The notes beneath the pieces are model-generated. The model did not search any database. It was given only the letters and a program-made list of their open reading frames with translations, and was not told the DNA's origin. The translations under genes were made by a program, and so were the position numbers. Positions 15,797 through 30,702 of a stretch of DNA of 64,000 bases are shown in pieces. Position 1 is the stretch's first letter, and each line of letters starts with the position of its first letter. Origin of the DNA: the human T2T-CHM13v2.0 reference genome, Homo sapiens; the NCBI RefSeq assembly GCF_009914755.1, contig NC_060928.1; one strand, 5' to 3'.

Positions 15797-16589
15797 CCCT
15801 TTATCTGACAGGAAGCAAGTGGAGGAGTGGCAGTTGAATGGACTGCATAGTCAAAGTTATGAGCTAAGTTTAGGGGCAGACACACTGAGGGGAACAATGC
15901 CATCCCAAGCACCTTTGAAGGATCCATGAAATACCTGGCCCCCAAAATCCACATACGTGAATTTGATATTTGAGGTCAAAAATGAAAAGATTAGTTAAAA
16001 GTCAGCATAGAAAGCACTAGAACCTGCTTTCCCTACCTCTTCTCACCCGTTGCTGCCCACCAACAAATCCCTTGGTCTTAAAAAGAAAAGAAATAGGAGA
16101 ATCTTTGGGAAGCAGAGAAAATACAGGTTCTGAGATAAAAATTAAAGTATCAGTCATTCATGCCATTTGAAAAACAGTGACTGTTGGCATCAGACCAAAT
16201 TCCCATCAGACTCTACTCCAAAGCTCACTATAGAATGCATTCGCCTCTGGCTCGGATAATGAACCACGGAAGGTAAGAGAGGACTTCCAAGGTTTCTGTC
16301 AACTCGGATTTTTATAGACATTTCTACCTGCTGTTCCCAGTTCATTTTTGCTTGGAAAAAACTTTGCCAAAAAAAGATTTATAAGTTCTTCACAATCACA
16401 GTTGCAATAGGAATTGCAATTATTTTCATACTGAGAAAGTAAATGGAAAGCATTGTATGGATGAATAGAGTAGTCTAATTTTTGAAGATCTTCTTATTTG
16501 AGAACATTGCAGTGAATTCAAATATTTGGTGTGCTTATTTCATAGTCATGATTGCTGTGGGGATATTTAAGGCACACAGCAAATCTGTA

Positions 16590-16725
16590 ATGCAGATATT
16601 ATTAGACCCATTTTTACAGATGAAAACATTAAGGCTTAGAGTGATTAAGTAACTGATGCAGAGTCATACAACTGTGAAGTAGTGGTGGTATGAGTGATCA
16701 AACTCAGTTCTGTTAATTACAACTA
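16590..16725 (-). mobile_element. MIR
   Basis: cccatttttacagatgaaaac..aggcttagag. Confidence 0.7.
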
Positions 16726-18149
16726 TCCCAAAATTCTTCACAAAGTTTTGGTTCACAACAATTCTGCACCAAGGGGAGATTCTCCAGGGTAAAGAAATAA
16801 GTGTCAAGGAAACTTCCCTACAAGTTTAGAACTTCTAGTTATATGAGTGTTTATTAGATTGATGAACTTGAAATTTAAAGGCTGGGAAAAATACTTTCAA
16901 ATATTACTTTTTTTTCTAAAACTGCAAGTACACAAAATCAAATTTAGAAATACAAATGAAACTGAACAATGAGGGTCAAACTTATCAAGTGTTTCTTATC
17001 TTGTTTCCATTAGTCATTTTCTCTGACACTTTTTCTCTCTGCCTAATGTGGTCTGGACTCATCTGCCTGATAAAAGTTTTGCCCCGGTTAATATTTGGTC
17101 CAAGATGAATTAATATGATTTCTATTCATATAAATATTAGCTGAATATTTTTTGAATTCTGTGTCACCCTTTGTCAGGTAGCCCAAAGAGCAGTTTGCAT
17201 ATTCACATTTTGATTTTAAGTTCCCACTTTCTTTATATGTAACAGTCGGGCAGAATCACCCTCCGGGACAGTTGGCTGAGGTAGGGGTGGGGAATTGGGT
17301 AGAATGGGTAGAAGGATCAATTTGTGGGAAGATCTGGAAGGAAAAAAACCTTACAGCAAGTCTTTTGCCCATTTGCCATACCCAGCATTTTTAGGCAGGT
17401 TAAATAAAATGAAAAGTGTATCAAGAACAGCATTAAAGAGGAGAAAAGGTATGAACAGCAAAATCCTTTGAGGATACTGTACAAATGGGGTAGGGGCAGT
17501 GCCATCTGATCATCTCTTTATGCCTAAATCGGGGAGGGGTGAGCTCTTGAACGTGTTCCATCCTCAATAGTCTGTTAGCACCAATGCCAGCCTCCCCACC
17601 AAGTGCCTGCCCAGCTGGGAGGATCTTCACAATTCTGAGCCAGGGCTGACCATCCCAGTTCATTCTTTATTAGAAAGTGCCTGAAAACGCTCTGCATCAA
17701 CTATGCTGCATTTGTTTTCTTCCCCTGCAGTTTCATAAGATCTGCTAAAGAAACTCCCGACAAAGTGTGCTAGGTCCAAAAGTTTACAATCTGTGTACAA
17801 AATGCTATAAAATTCAACCTTTTTAAAGGTCTACAATGAAACCCAGAGAACATGTTAAAATGAATTGCCTGATAACCTTCCTCTTTTCATTTTTTTCCAG
17901 CTTTATCTTTCTATCTCATATTCGCCTTCCTGTTTCCTGATAGTTTTTAACGTTTCACAGTAAAGACACATTTTAGTTCTGAAAAGGAATTTATTATGTT
18001 GGTGGTAAATCTGCTACTTTATTGGTAAGTTTAGTCTACTATGAACTACAAAATTTGTGATTATATGCAACAGATGAAATGATCGATTTAGCTCTGCCAT
18101 GTATATAATGGTGATGTTCAGGTAAAAGCAAGAGAACAAAGAACTTTCC

Positions 18150-18540
18150 TCAATTTGGTCATTTTTTTCCCCAAGTAAATACCTTTGTACATAAGTCTTT
18201 GCACAATCACTTTTGTTGTCAATTCCTAGAAGAGGAATTGCTGAGTAATTGGCTATATGCATTTTAAAATGTTAATACCTATTGTCAGATTGATATCCAG
18301 AAAGATTGCACAAATTAATCTCTAGCCAATGAGCTGATGTTTATCATTCTATTATTTTCCAATCTTATGGGTTAAAAAGTGTCTCACAGTATTTTATATT
18401 GGCATTTCTTTGATTACAGATAAGACTGAACATCCCATGTTTCTTTATTTTTATGTGTATACTTTTGTGAATGTCCTGCTATTGCCGTGGAGTATTTTTT
18501 TCTATTGTGGTTTTCATCTTTTTTTCTTATAGATATTATA
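18150..18540 (-). mobile_element. Old L1ME 3' fragment
   Basis: attcctagaagaggaattgctgagt...ggctatatgcattttaaa; tggcatttctttgatta. Confidence 0.65.
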
Positions 18541-18549
18541 GGCAAGCCA

Positions 18550-18870
18550 TAGAATATATATTCTATATATTTACCCATCCTTGCTGTGGATTCTCAGTAG
18601 GCAGAGTGTACTTTCTCATCATTTGGCTGGAAACTTGGCCATGTGATTTGCTGTGCCCAGAGTGTAATACTAGATGTGATGCAACCAGAGGCTTTAAATG
18701 TGCTTTCACAGTTTGGATTTTCCTCTTCCACTCCTGTGATGTGACATAAGAAGGGCATTCTTGTAAGAAGCCATCCCAGCTGCCCTGTAGACTTGTGAAT
18801 GAGGACACTAAAATGTTTGTTGTTATAAGCCACTGAGAATTTGTTATGCAGCATTACGGCAGCAACATAA
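18550..18870 (+). mobile_element. MLT1-type MaLR LTR remnant
   Basis: cttggccatgtgatttgct...; ttgttataagccactgaga.tttgttatgcagcatt 3' motif. Confidence 0.65.
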
Positions 18871-19147
18871 TGCTGCGAAGTTTTTCTCTAAATATCAATG
18901 TGCTCCTGTCAACTTACAAAAAGAGGAGATATTTTAAAATACAAGAAAGAAAAAGAAAATAACGTAGAGAAAAAAATATACTGCTCTTTTTTCAGGGAAA
19001 GAGGTATACTAAGAACACTTTGCCCGCAAATAGTTGCTAAGGTTGGCAAGAGAAGTAGCAGCTTCCACCGTTATCAGCCAGTATAGCAGACTGTACTAGG
19101 AGGCAAAGTCAGAACAGCCATTTCTTCATGAAATATTTAATGGTCAT

Positions 19148-19600
19148 TGTATTGGGTCAGGGTTCTCCAGAGAAACAGAACCAATAAATATAGAACCAAC
19201 AGAACCAACGTGCATAGATATAAAAAGAGGTTTATTTTAAGGAATTGGTTTGCATGACTGTGGAAAGTGGCAAGTCCAGGAGACCCAGGAGAGCCAATGT
19301 TGTAGTTCCCGTTTAAGAGCAATGTGCTGTAGAGCCAGGAAGAGCCAATGTTGCAGGTGAAGTCTGGAGACCATCTGCTGGAGTGTTCCCTCTTGCTCAG
19401 GAGAGGCTGGTCTTTTTGCTATACTGAGGCCTTCCGCTGATTAGATCAAGCCCAACCATATTATGGAGGGCAATCTGCTTTGCTCAAAGTACACCAATTT
19501 AAATGTTAATCTTATCTAGAAGCATCCTCACAGAAATAGCTAGAATAATGTTTGGGCACCCCGTGGCCCAGCCAAGTTGACACATAAATTAATTACAACA
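19148..19600 (-). mobile_element. MLT2 (ERVL) solo LTR
   Basis: tgtattgggtcagggttctccagagaaacagaacc ... aagttgacacataaatt..aca; perfect TSD GTCAT. Confidence 0.9.
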
Positions 19601-19744
19601 GTCATTTTGAGATAATTGTTGACCATAAGGCTAAACTTGGAATTTTGAGGTCAACATGAACCCAGTGTAACCAGGGTATGTGGCAAGATAAGCCTGATAT
19701 AAGGACACTGAAGCCATGGACAATCTCCAAAGAACCATGGAGGA

Positions 19745-20410
19745 AGATAGGGTCAGTCACAGTCCAATCAGGAGACCATGACCACACCAGTTATTTTAAC
19801 CAAGAAAACTTAAGAAAAGGAAATACTAAGTATTGAAGGACTAGAAAGTTTAAAAGAGCACCTTTAAATACCATGGAGGTTAGCATACACAGGAAGCAAC
19901 TCACCTCTCCTGGCCTACAGGAACAAAGGGAAAGAGGTTGACATTATTTAAACTTATAAGCTTGAAGGAGATGCCCCATGTCACTGAAGCTCAGACACCT
20001 GAGGAGGGGCCCATGAGGTTGCGACACAGACCTCTGAGGAGGGATGCAGGTCAGCTGCTGATAGTGTCCCTGAGAGGCACAGTGAGGCTGGTCCTACAAG
20101 GGTTGGAAGAACGGAGAGCTGAGATCAAGGGCTGCTACTAGAATGAACTGCCTCTTACAGGGTGAAGAATTGTTGCTAGGGTGATGCTTGACACCGAGAG
20201 GTACAGCAAACAAACACGGAGAAACAGGAAACGGCAATTCCCTTCTTCCTCTTCCAGCCTTGACATCTCCCTGTAGTGTCCTCTACTGACAAAATCTAAT
20301 AGACAGCTAGCTGGCCAAGGAGAAATGTGATTGGCAGAGCCCCCGCTCAGTCCCAGCTGAGCACAGAAGGGTAGATTTGCAGCTGGGAGACATTAGCTAA
20401 TAACAGGCAC
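19745..20410. mobile_element. Ancient ERV-type LTR remnant (family uncertain)
   Basis: cagtccaatcaggagac...cacaccagttatt start and ...ctaataacaggcaca end resemble old LTR families. Confidence 0.45.
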
Positions 20411-20763
20411 AGACCCATGATCTCCAAAGTGAGGTGCATGCACCCAGGGAGTGCAAAAGATAGTCCACTAGGACATGAGAAGAAATCCATTTCCATTATA
20501 TTTCTTATCTAAAAGAATAGGAAAAAAAATCAAGCTTTATTCATATTTAAAATGCAGATTGATAAGCCTCCTTGGGAACAGTAAGACTGTGGAAAATAAA
20601 AGTAAAGAAAACAGCCAAGAGAAAGCAAAACAAAACAGCAGGTAGGAAACTGGTCTCAGTAAAATGCAATGTTTACATATGTAGTGACAAGGAAGAGGAA
20701 TTAATAGCCAGGCTCAAATTTGCTAGTTATTTCTCTAATGTGGCATAAGCATCTGCAATATTA

Positions 20764-21177
<414 letters not shown>

Positions 21178-22274
21178 TCAGGGCCAGAGTTCTAGCTAGC
21201 ATCTAGCTCCAGGTAGATGAGTCTGAAAAGCAAGCACAGGTCAGACCATAGCAAGTCTCTCATGGCATGATGGAAAGAAAGAAGCCTGTGGAAACTACAT
21301 GTAAACTTTTCTCCTTGAGAACTCTGTCAGTTGCTAATAGCATGCTCTACCCACTATTTCTTATATATGTATAGAGAACTAAGCCTTAACTGTATGTTTA
21401 AACACAGTCATAGGAACAGTGCATTTATGATCAATAAGCCCAACTAAGTCTCAACTCTCTTTTAGAGTTTAGATATAGTCAACTTGATAAACTTTTATTG
21501 AGCAATAGCTATGTAATACTTAAGCCAAAACTTGAAGATGAGAAAGTGTGGGAAAGAAGAAAAGCATTCAGGCAGAGGGAAGGTTCAAGTAAAGGCACAG
21601 AAGTAAGAGTGAAGAAGACATTCCAATCTCTATGTAAAGCAGGGATCCTGGTGGGAGGCAGGTGTTGTCTGAGCCTAACCCACCAGACTGAACCTCATGG
21701 AGCTTGTACCCCAGGCAGTGAGGAATCACTGAAGGATTTTAAGTAAGGAAGCAACAGGAGTACATTTCATTTGTAAACAATCGCTCTGACCAATATGAAT
21801 CAGAGAAAGAAAAGAACTATGAAAAGAAAGCAGTGAAGTTGCACTAAGACATCATAAAATGTTAAATGGAATTATCGAGCCTCTTCCATAACATGCCTAC
21901 AGTAACAACACAAGCAGTGTTTGCTTTTTAAGTTTTCATTAGGCAGTTGTTTCAGGGAGGACCCTGTTCAACAGCAACCCCAAATTACACAGACTTCAGA
22001 AAAAAATAAAAAAAGAATTGTATTGGATATAGAAATGGCTGCCTGATCTCATGCTGTTATCACCAGCTTCATCCCTCGGTTCTGCTTATATAAAGTTAGT
22101 GCCATTCCCAGCTTCCTCCTCATGGCTTCCAGCTACTCCGAGATTACCCCTTGTGGTTGAAAATATCTGAGCAGGTGCAAGCCCAAAGGTCTTTTGCCAC
22201 CAAATCCAGCAGAATAGAAGGCTTCTGTTTCCCAGAGGCCTGGCAAATGTCATCTAGAATCTCACTGCCTGACT

Positions 22275-22510
22275 GCAAGGCCCTGTGCCTAGGGCCTGCA
22301 ATACTTTCAGGGGCCTATGAAAAATGTTTTAATTTCTTTCAAAATCAAATGAAAAAAACACTTCTAGTTCAAGGAAAATGTCTTATTAACAATATCAATG
22401 TATCTATATCAGTGCCATTTAAAATAAGATTTTTAATTTTTTTGTATGGAGGAAGGTGTCCACGTAGGCAAAAGTACCCAGGGCCCACAAAAGCCGTACC
22501 TTGCTCCTGG
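22275..22510. mobile_element. hAT-type non-autonomous DNA transposon (ORSL-like) inside an MLT1 relic (~21950-22730)
   Basis: gtgcctagggcc...aaaatgttttaatttc...ggcaaaagtacccagggcccacaaaag GC-rich ends around an AT-rich core. Confidence 0.5.
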
Positions 22511-22949
22511 GTGACTGGGTTATGTGCTCATCTCTGAACCAATCACTGTGTCCTGAGTGGTGGTGGAGGGTATGGTGATCAGGGAAAACCAATAAAGGCT
22601 CACTCCAGATCCAAAGATCAATCCTACGCCAACCACTTGGCTGGGAATGGGGGTTGTAGTTTTAGGATGCTGTTTCCAGAAAGCAGAGGATGATGCTGGA
22701 CAGCAAATAATAGATGCCCAACATGCAGGGCCTTCTGATAACACAGGGATTTGTACACTTTTTTTTATGCTCTTGGCATTGCGTGAGACACTTCCTACTA
22801 CAGGTGTTGCTGTATTTTATAGTTCTCTTAGTAAATCCAAATTTTTAATGTCCAGCCTTTGAAGAAAGAAATGTTCTAGGCATAGTTTTAGTGATTATCT
22901 GATTTCAAGCCCATTAGATGAGAAAGAAATGTCTTTTTAGTTTATCATA

Positions 22950-23605
<656 letters not shown>

Positions 23606-24947
23606 TAGCACTGAGTTGGGATGAGGAGAGGATTCTATTTCTTGTACCATTTGCCATCCCAAGATTTCTCAGTTGCAGGAGCATCAGGACATGCACCCTT
23701 GTTGAAGGCAGCAACATTTTCCCATTCTCACATTGTTTAGCTAAGGCAGTGATCATGAGGAGACACTCCCTCAAGGTGCTTGTAGGTAACAGGCAGCAGC
23801 AACAAGGAAGGCAAGTCAGGAGAACCAGACCAGACTTGTTCTTACACACATGTGAGACATACTCTGGGGATGTTACAAAAAACTGAAGATTTTGGAAGAG
23901 GGATGCTAATAACTGTCAGTCAAGAAGGTGAGGCACAGAGCCTGTTAAATTTGGAAAAATTGATGTTAACATGACCTCATTTGTACCTTCATGCTGTTGT
24001 AAACAAGAGATGTGTGTGTCTGTTGGAGGGGGTGGGGTGTGGGGAGCTGGTGGGGTGGGATATTCTTTCAGTCTAGAACTATTTCTTGAGTGCCTTCTAT
24101 CTGCCTGGCACTATTCCAGAAATCAGTGGTGCGCAAAATAAGCAAGTTTCCTTCCCTCAAGGGTTACACACCTAAGAAGTCTATGTGAAGTAGAAACAAC
24201 CTGGAGCTTGGCTTTCCCTGATGTTCTAGAGTTCTGTGGGTGTTACACTCCATGTCATTTATGGATTATCAGGCTCTATGGAACTAGCTTCTAAATCAGA
24301 GTCAGTATCAAGGTAATCTCACTAACCCTCTAGCCAACTCAGTAAAATTGTAATGCCTGTCCCAAGCTAAACTCAAAGCATAAAGCTTTACTCCAAATTC
24401 AAGTAGTCATCCATTAGCTCTATTAATTCTATGCCTAATATTTGGAGGCCAGTGGTCTTGAAATGAAACGTATGGTTATTTAGCTTGGTTAGAGAGATAG
24501 AGACTGAATTCTTAGCCTCAAACCATTGGTTTTCTTTCTTTCACCTTTTTTCAAGATGTGTCTTTAAAAAATGGGATCACTGTGGCAATAGATCCAAAAA
24601 TTATTTGATGAAGTGGAATATTGATCATTCAGGTGCCTAAGTACTGACACTATTTTTTAATTCTTACACTGTTTCACACTGAATGGAAATATAATCCAAG
24701 GTAACCTTCTGCTCATTGGGACTGCCTTAAGCCTTATGCGCAGTAGGGCTATTTATTAGTGATCCCAAGCAGAGAATTAAAAAACAAACAGCAAAGCATC
24801 CATTTGAACAAATTGAACTCATATGGTAAACTCAGATACACATTCTTTAAAGGAACTGTGAAGTAATCAAGAGTTTCTTCCAAAAGACATTTATAAGGAA
24901 TCAAATGGGAAAAAGCCAAACGTGTATATATTCTAAAGCTACTCATC

Positions 24948-25110
24948 CTTTGGGATAGTGAAAAAGATCTGAAAATGGATAGTGGTGATGGCTATACAGC
25001 AGTTTGAATGTACACAGTGTAATGTCCCTAAACTATACATTTAGAAATGGTTAAAAAAGTAAATTTTTTGTTATGTATATTTTATCACAATAAAAATATT
25101 TGAAAAAAAA
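24948..25110 (+). mobile_element. L1MB/MC 3' end
   Basis: gatagtggtgatgg...aaatggttaaaa...ttatgtatattttatcacaataaaaa. Confidence 0.8.
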
Positions 25111-26309
25111 ACCTTTCCATCCTGAGTTAAACCAGAACTTAAAAATATTCTCCAAATTGAGCTTGAACTTTCATCATATGTTATTTGGTTTGAGCCTTGA
25201 GTGACTACCACACCAGTGACTCTTTAGCGCCTGCCAAAATCTTTCTGAATGTATTTGGCTTAGTTTTAAATAATAACATTTATTGGATACAGAAAATATA
25301 ACTCATGTCCTTTCCGATTCATTGAAATAAACAAATAAGTAAACATACTGTCCAAACTGAGCTCGGTTTTGAATTAAGTCATTATCATAAGCGCAAAGCA
25401 AAATGCCTGTTGTCTTTCTAGCATGTGTGTTCGATACTTGTATTTGTATTTGCCAGTTATTCCCCCAGAGATGTCATATGAATGCTTTTAATTTGAAAAA
25501 TGTTGGACTGCTTTATCTGATGTCCAAACCTTACAAAAAATGTTTGCATGGAAAACTAATTAATGGTTCAATGTCCATCTTCAAGCCAAAGTATGTGCAC
25601 AGCTCAAATGACGTTCAATTTTAGGCCATTGGGATCAATGCTTAATACAGAGTTGATGGTCCTAAGATCCTGGAGATTATTGTCAAGTATCTCAGCCAGG
25701 ATTCTTAAGCCAAGTGGCTGTTTGCTTTTAACATAAATTTGACCTAGGTTTTCATCCATCACAGAATCAGGATATTGTTTTCCACGTGGTTTTGTGTGTG
25801 TGTTTGTGTGGTGAGACAGGCTATTATGCAGTGAGTCTATGCATAATTACTGAATTTTTTTGTTTCATTTTGTTGAATTTTTATTTAAATAATTTTCTGT
25901 TATGAACAATTTAATTCTAGTTGGTTATTGGTATTTTATTAATTTAAATATGTGTTTAAATCTGATCTGCATAAAATGATCACTACTCAACTAAATTCCA
26001 AAGGCTTATAACAAAAGAAATGTTTCAATTCCTGGTCAGTGATACTTAAGCGTTTTGGTTGTTTTCAAAGAAAAATTTCATCATCTTCTCCAGTATAGTC
26101 ATATATATAACTAGTGGCACCCTATGTAGAATGCCACCATTTATGTTGATGATTCTAGTTAATATTTCAATCAATTATTACTGAATGATCTCCAATCAAA
26201 TATATCAGTTCTTAAGAACATCATTGACTTTTTCTTTTGAGATAGATACAGTGGCCCTATTTTGTGATTTGATTAAGTTACTGTCTTTGATTACATCTTA
26301 GCAATACTC

Positions 26310-26620
26310 TTAGCTAACATAACTTACTGGCAGTAGGCATTGTTCTAAGTACTTCATATTAATTAATATATTTAATTTTCATAACTGCACTATGGGGTTT
26401 TGTATTATTGTTACTACTACTGTTATTCTTATAAGTATTTTACCACTACTATTATTTTTTACTATTTTTAATTATTACTACTACTATTATTATTCCTATT
26501 TGATAAGTAAGAAAACTGAGGATCAGAACTTGCTCACAATTACACAACTAATAATGAAAATAATATGGACTTGAACCCAAGCAGTCTGTCTTTAAAATCA
26601 TTGCTCTTAATCCTTACACT
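26310..26620 (-). mobile_element. MIR with internal (TAT/TAC)n low-complexity expansion
   Basis: ggcattgttctaagtac...aagaaaactgagg...acttgaacccaagcagtctg. Confidence 0.65.
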
Positions 26621-27129
26621 ATAATCCAGGCACATCCTCATAAATTTCCTACCTGTATCCAGCTTCCTCTCTTGGCATTTGCCTCTTAACACCCTATGTT
26701 CATACATTACAAAACTCATAGTTGTTTTTGCTTTATTTTGTTTTGAGCCTTTACAATACTTACTTTAGTTAGGGAAAATTATATGGTAGAGGGCAGAAAG
26801 GTGTTTCTGATTCACTTGCTTTGCTTCTGGGTCATGGTCTCCTTGTAGATTGTGACTTGCAGCCAATAAGGATTGCTGAAGTGACTTTGTCAAATGGAAA
26901 TCAGTGTTTGCAGAAATGCGATAGAATAAAAGATATCACAAATATATTTTTAAATGTTCTGTATGGAACTACTTAGATTCCATATAAAGATAATCTAGGT
27001 AAGACCTGCAAGAAAAGCTGAGATCCAGCATCATTCATACTTTGTCTATGATGGAACTAAGTGTTGGTTGCAAGGCTGAGAGTAGAGGCTACCTCTCCTG
27101 ACTCCCTATTTAATGCTCCTTCTTCTCGC

Positions 27130-28010
27130 CTCAAGAACTAATAGTCTAATAATGGGTGCATGGAAGTGAAAAGACAGTTATACAACTGGGAATGTGGTAG
27201 AGGTGAGCATAGAGTGGAAAATGAATATATGGAGACTAGAAAATATTTCCCAAAGGAGGAGATACAAACTTTAGAATTGACTAGGTAAAGGGGAGAAGGG
27301 AATGCTCCATGAGGTGAGAGCAGCATATTTTAAAATCCCAGGTCTGTGAGCATAGAGGAACTGTTCAGAGACTGCAAACAACCCAGGATGTCTGGGTAAG
27401 CTGGAAAATGAGAAAGGGGAAACTGGATATAGATAGGAGAAAAAAAATATGCCTACTATGCCATATTGAGGAATTAAAATTTTAGCCAGTCTTTTATGGA
27501 TGACACTGGATGATTTTATACAAAAAAAAAGTGTCATTATTAGATTTGCATTTTAGGAAGAATGCTCTGTAAGAGAATGTGTTGGACTCTGGGATGGGAA
27601 GAGAGCTCTGTAAAGACTAATGACGGGGTGCAAAGAGACAAGAGGAAACTGTTGCAATGCAATGGAGAGGAAAGAGCAAATCCCAGAGACAGGAAGAAAA
27701 CAGTGACATTATGAAAACACGTGCCTTAGGTATCTGTTGCATGACGCCAAGACAAAAAAAAAAAAAAAAAGCCAAGTGAAGAGCCCACTAAGAGGTTCAT
27801 CATGAGGTAATTGTGAGAAATCCAAGTGGAAATATCTAATTGATATATGGTTCTGTGCATCTGGTGCTCAGAAAAAAATTCAAAGGCAAAATACAAATGT
27901 GGTCATTATCAATCATTTGTTTGAACAACATCTAGTAAGCATTTACAAAGTGCCGGTATTGTGATAGGCTCTGGGAATTCAGAGGAGAATCAAGTCAGAT
28001 CCTATTCTTG
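27130..28010 (-). mobile_element. L2 fragments
   Basis: ttagatttgcattttaggaagaat, gtggaaatatctaatt, agcatttacaaagtgccgg motifs. Confidence 0.6.
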
Positions 28011-28279
28011 TGTCTGTTTGTAGCTTACAGAGGAGGAGAGGAACATATGAAGAGTTAAGGGAAGGAAAGAATTTTTGGTTTGACCACACATTGTGTCCAG
28101 AGCACAATGCGATAGTTGTCTCTGGGAAAGGTAATCCAATGCAGTGCTCTGCAGTTATAGTCTCGGTGCCTTTGAAAAAATAATTTGCATAAATAATGAA
28201 TTGCTATCTCACAATTCAATTAAGTTTCCTTTGGCATTTGACCCTGATTATTATTATTATTTCTGATGTCTCAGAAATA

Positions 28280-28520
28280 ATAATAGTAGCTAACATTTAT
28301 TGACTACACTTACTACATTTATTGACTACCTTGTCTACTACCTGTTAGATAATTTTCTCAGTATTTCAAGTGTATTTTCTCATTGACTCCTCCCAACAAC
28401 CCCATAAAATTGGTACTATTATAATCTCTATTTTACAAATAAAGAATCCAAGCACAGAAAGAATAGGTGACTTGTCCAAGTACACTAGTTAGAAAATAGC
28501 CAACCTAAAATTCAGGCCTG
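28280..28520 (-). mobile_element. MIR
   Basis: tagctaacatttattga...ctattttacaaataaagaa..aagcacaga. Confidence 0.65.
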
Positions 28521-29225
28521 CAGATTCACTTCAGGTCTGAATCTTATAGAAAAAATAAGAGTAACAGATTATAGGAAAGATAATAAAATGCTACTTTTTC
28601 ATCATCGGTTGTGCATTCATGTTAAATTGTCTTATTTTGCTCTGCTATAAAATTCATATGAAGTTAATTTTTTTCAGAAAAACCTTTAATTTGGAATTAC
28701 TTAATGGATTGAGAATCATTCGTATTTTTTGTGCCAGGGAGTAAAATATCTTCTTGATTTCCTTGATTGTGTTTGCTTTTCTTCATTCTCAACCTACCAA
28801 AATATTTAATGACCAACTAAGAATGTGACCACCCTCACTGTTACCATGTTAAACAAGCTTAGTCACAGACCTCTTTTTCCGGCTCCTTTATCTTTTATCT
28901 AAAAAAAAAAAAAAAAATCAAACTAGACTCATTTCCTTTTAGAACCTTTTTTTCTCTTATCTCTTTAACTCTAATTCTTCCATCAATTATAGCTTTTATT
29001 CCAGAGAAAAAATATAGACACCCTTAGCAAGAAACTCAGGGTGTCAACACTGTTGGTGATAAAAGTGATACAGCCTTGCGTTTCCTGTGGGCTGCTCGGA
29101 GAAAAAGTACATAACAATGTGCAAAAAGGTCCAGGATTGTCATGTTGAGTCTGCATTTACTTACCTAACTATAATGCTGTGAAGACACATAACTGTAAAT
29201 TGTCCTAGTCTCCTGACTTTCTCTA

Positions 29226-29380
29226 TTTTTGCTTTTAGACAAGGTCTGTCTCTGTCGCCCAGGCTGGAGTGTGGTGGTACCATCATAGTTCATCGTAACT
29301 CAAACTCCTGGGCTCAAGCGGTCTTCCTACCTCAGTCTCCCAAGCACTGGGATTACTGATGTGAGCCACCACACACCGCC
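29226..29380 (-). mobile_element. Alu monomer (FLAM_C/AluJ-like)
   Basis: ctctgtcgcccaggctggagtg...ctgggatta...gtgagccacc. Confidence 0.85.
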
Positions 29381-30702
29381 TCTCCTGATTTTTATCTCCT
29401 CAAAAGAAATAAACAGGAATCATAAATTGTGTGAATGAATATGAACCATCTCACAGAGAAACAAACTCCAAAACTGCTAAATTTTCTTCTACAAGTTTCA
29501 CTCTCTTAGTCTGGACCACAACACACTGGCTGTAGCAATTATAATCTTAAAACAAATTCAATTAATTATTATGTACTATGTTCCATGACTGCTGGTAATC
29601 ATGTTTTTAAAGTTATGTTTGAACACTTGTTTGACTTTTTTGGGTCATGATTATGAAGCACAGTTAGTTTTTTTAACATAAATTGTTTTGGATCATGATT
29701 TTTAAAGCAAGGTTAAGAAAGCCAACTCAATGGCGTGCCATAACTAATGGTAATTTTAATTGAACTGACAATCAGACTTCAGGTTTGATGGAAATTGCCA
29801 TCAAACTGTATTTGAGGACACAGAAAAGGAAGCTATCCTGAACATTAAGTTATATTATTAGAGACTGGTCTTCCTCACTCCACTCTTGCTGTTTCTTATT
29901 TATCTTGATTTGTACAATTAAATTAATCTTTCCAAATAGCAAAATAATTCTGTTATTCTTTGGCTCAAAACCTTTCGTAGCTCTTTATTGCATACAGAAA
30001 AGGAATCCAGTTGATTACAGCAGTGGTCTCCAAACTTGTTAAAAAATCAGCTATGACTAAACAAAGTAAGGAAAAAGAAACCATGCAAATATGTATTGCC
30101 TCTCTGTAAAATCATATATTACTATAATTATCTAATATCTAGTAGGATATCTAGTATAATTATCGCTTAGCACAGGCCTTATTGCTAACGATAGTAGATT
30201 AAATTCATCTCTCAAATGGCCTTCTTGATTGTTTGACTAATTTTATTAGACTACTTCCTCTCATATTCAATTAGATTATCATTTGCTTTTTATCTCTTAA
30301 CATAGCTGGTCAAAGATGGGCAGGAAGAAAGTCAGCTTTGTAATTTCCTCGTTGTCTGTCTGTGCTTGCATTTTTAATATTTTCCATTTATGGCTCCTTT
30401 GCAGAGATCTTTTCACGTGTTGTCCATTTATGATTGTTTAAAACATATTGTATATCAGTGATTTCACATAAGCAGGCATACAGTATACAGCAGGTGAAGA
30501 CTTTAAGGTCTGATAAGATATCCAGCCCTAACCTCTGTTTCCAGAAATATGGCAGTCTGATGTTCACAGAATTATTCCTAGTAGGAAGCACTGAACAATA
30601 TTGTATAAAATACTTTTCAAAAAGGATTATTGATTAATTCTGGCAGAGGAATTAAAGAACCCTTCAGAGATTAGAAATAATAAGAACATGGAAAGTGAGC
30701 AA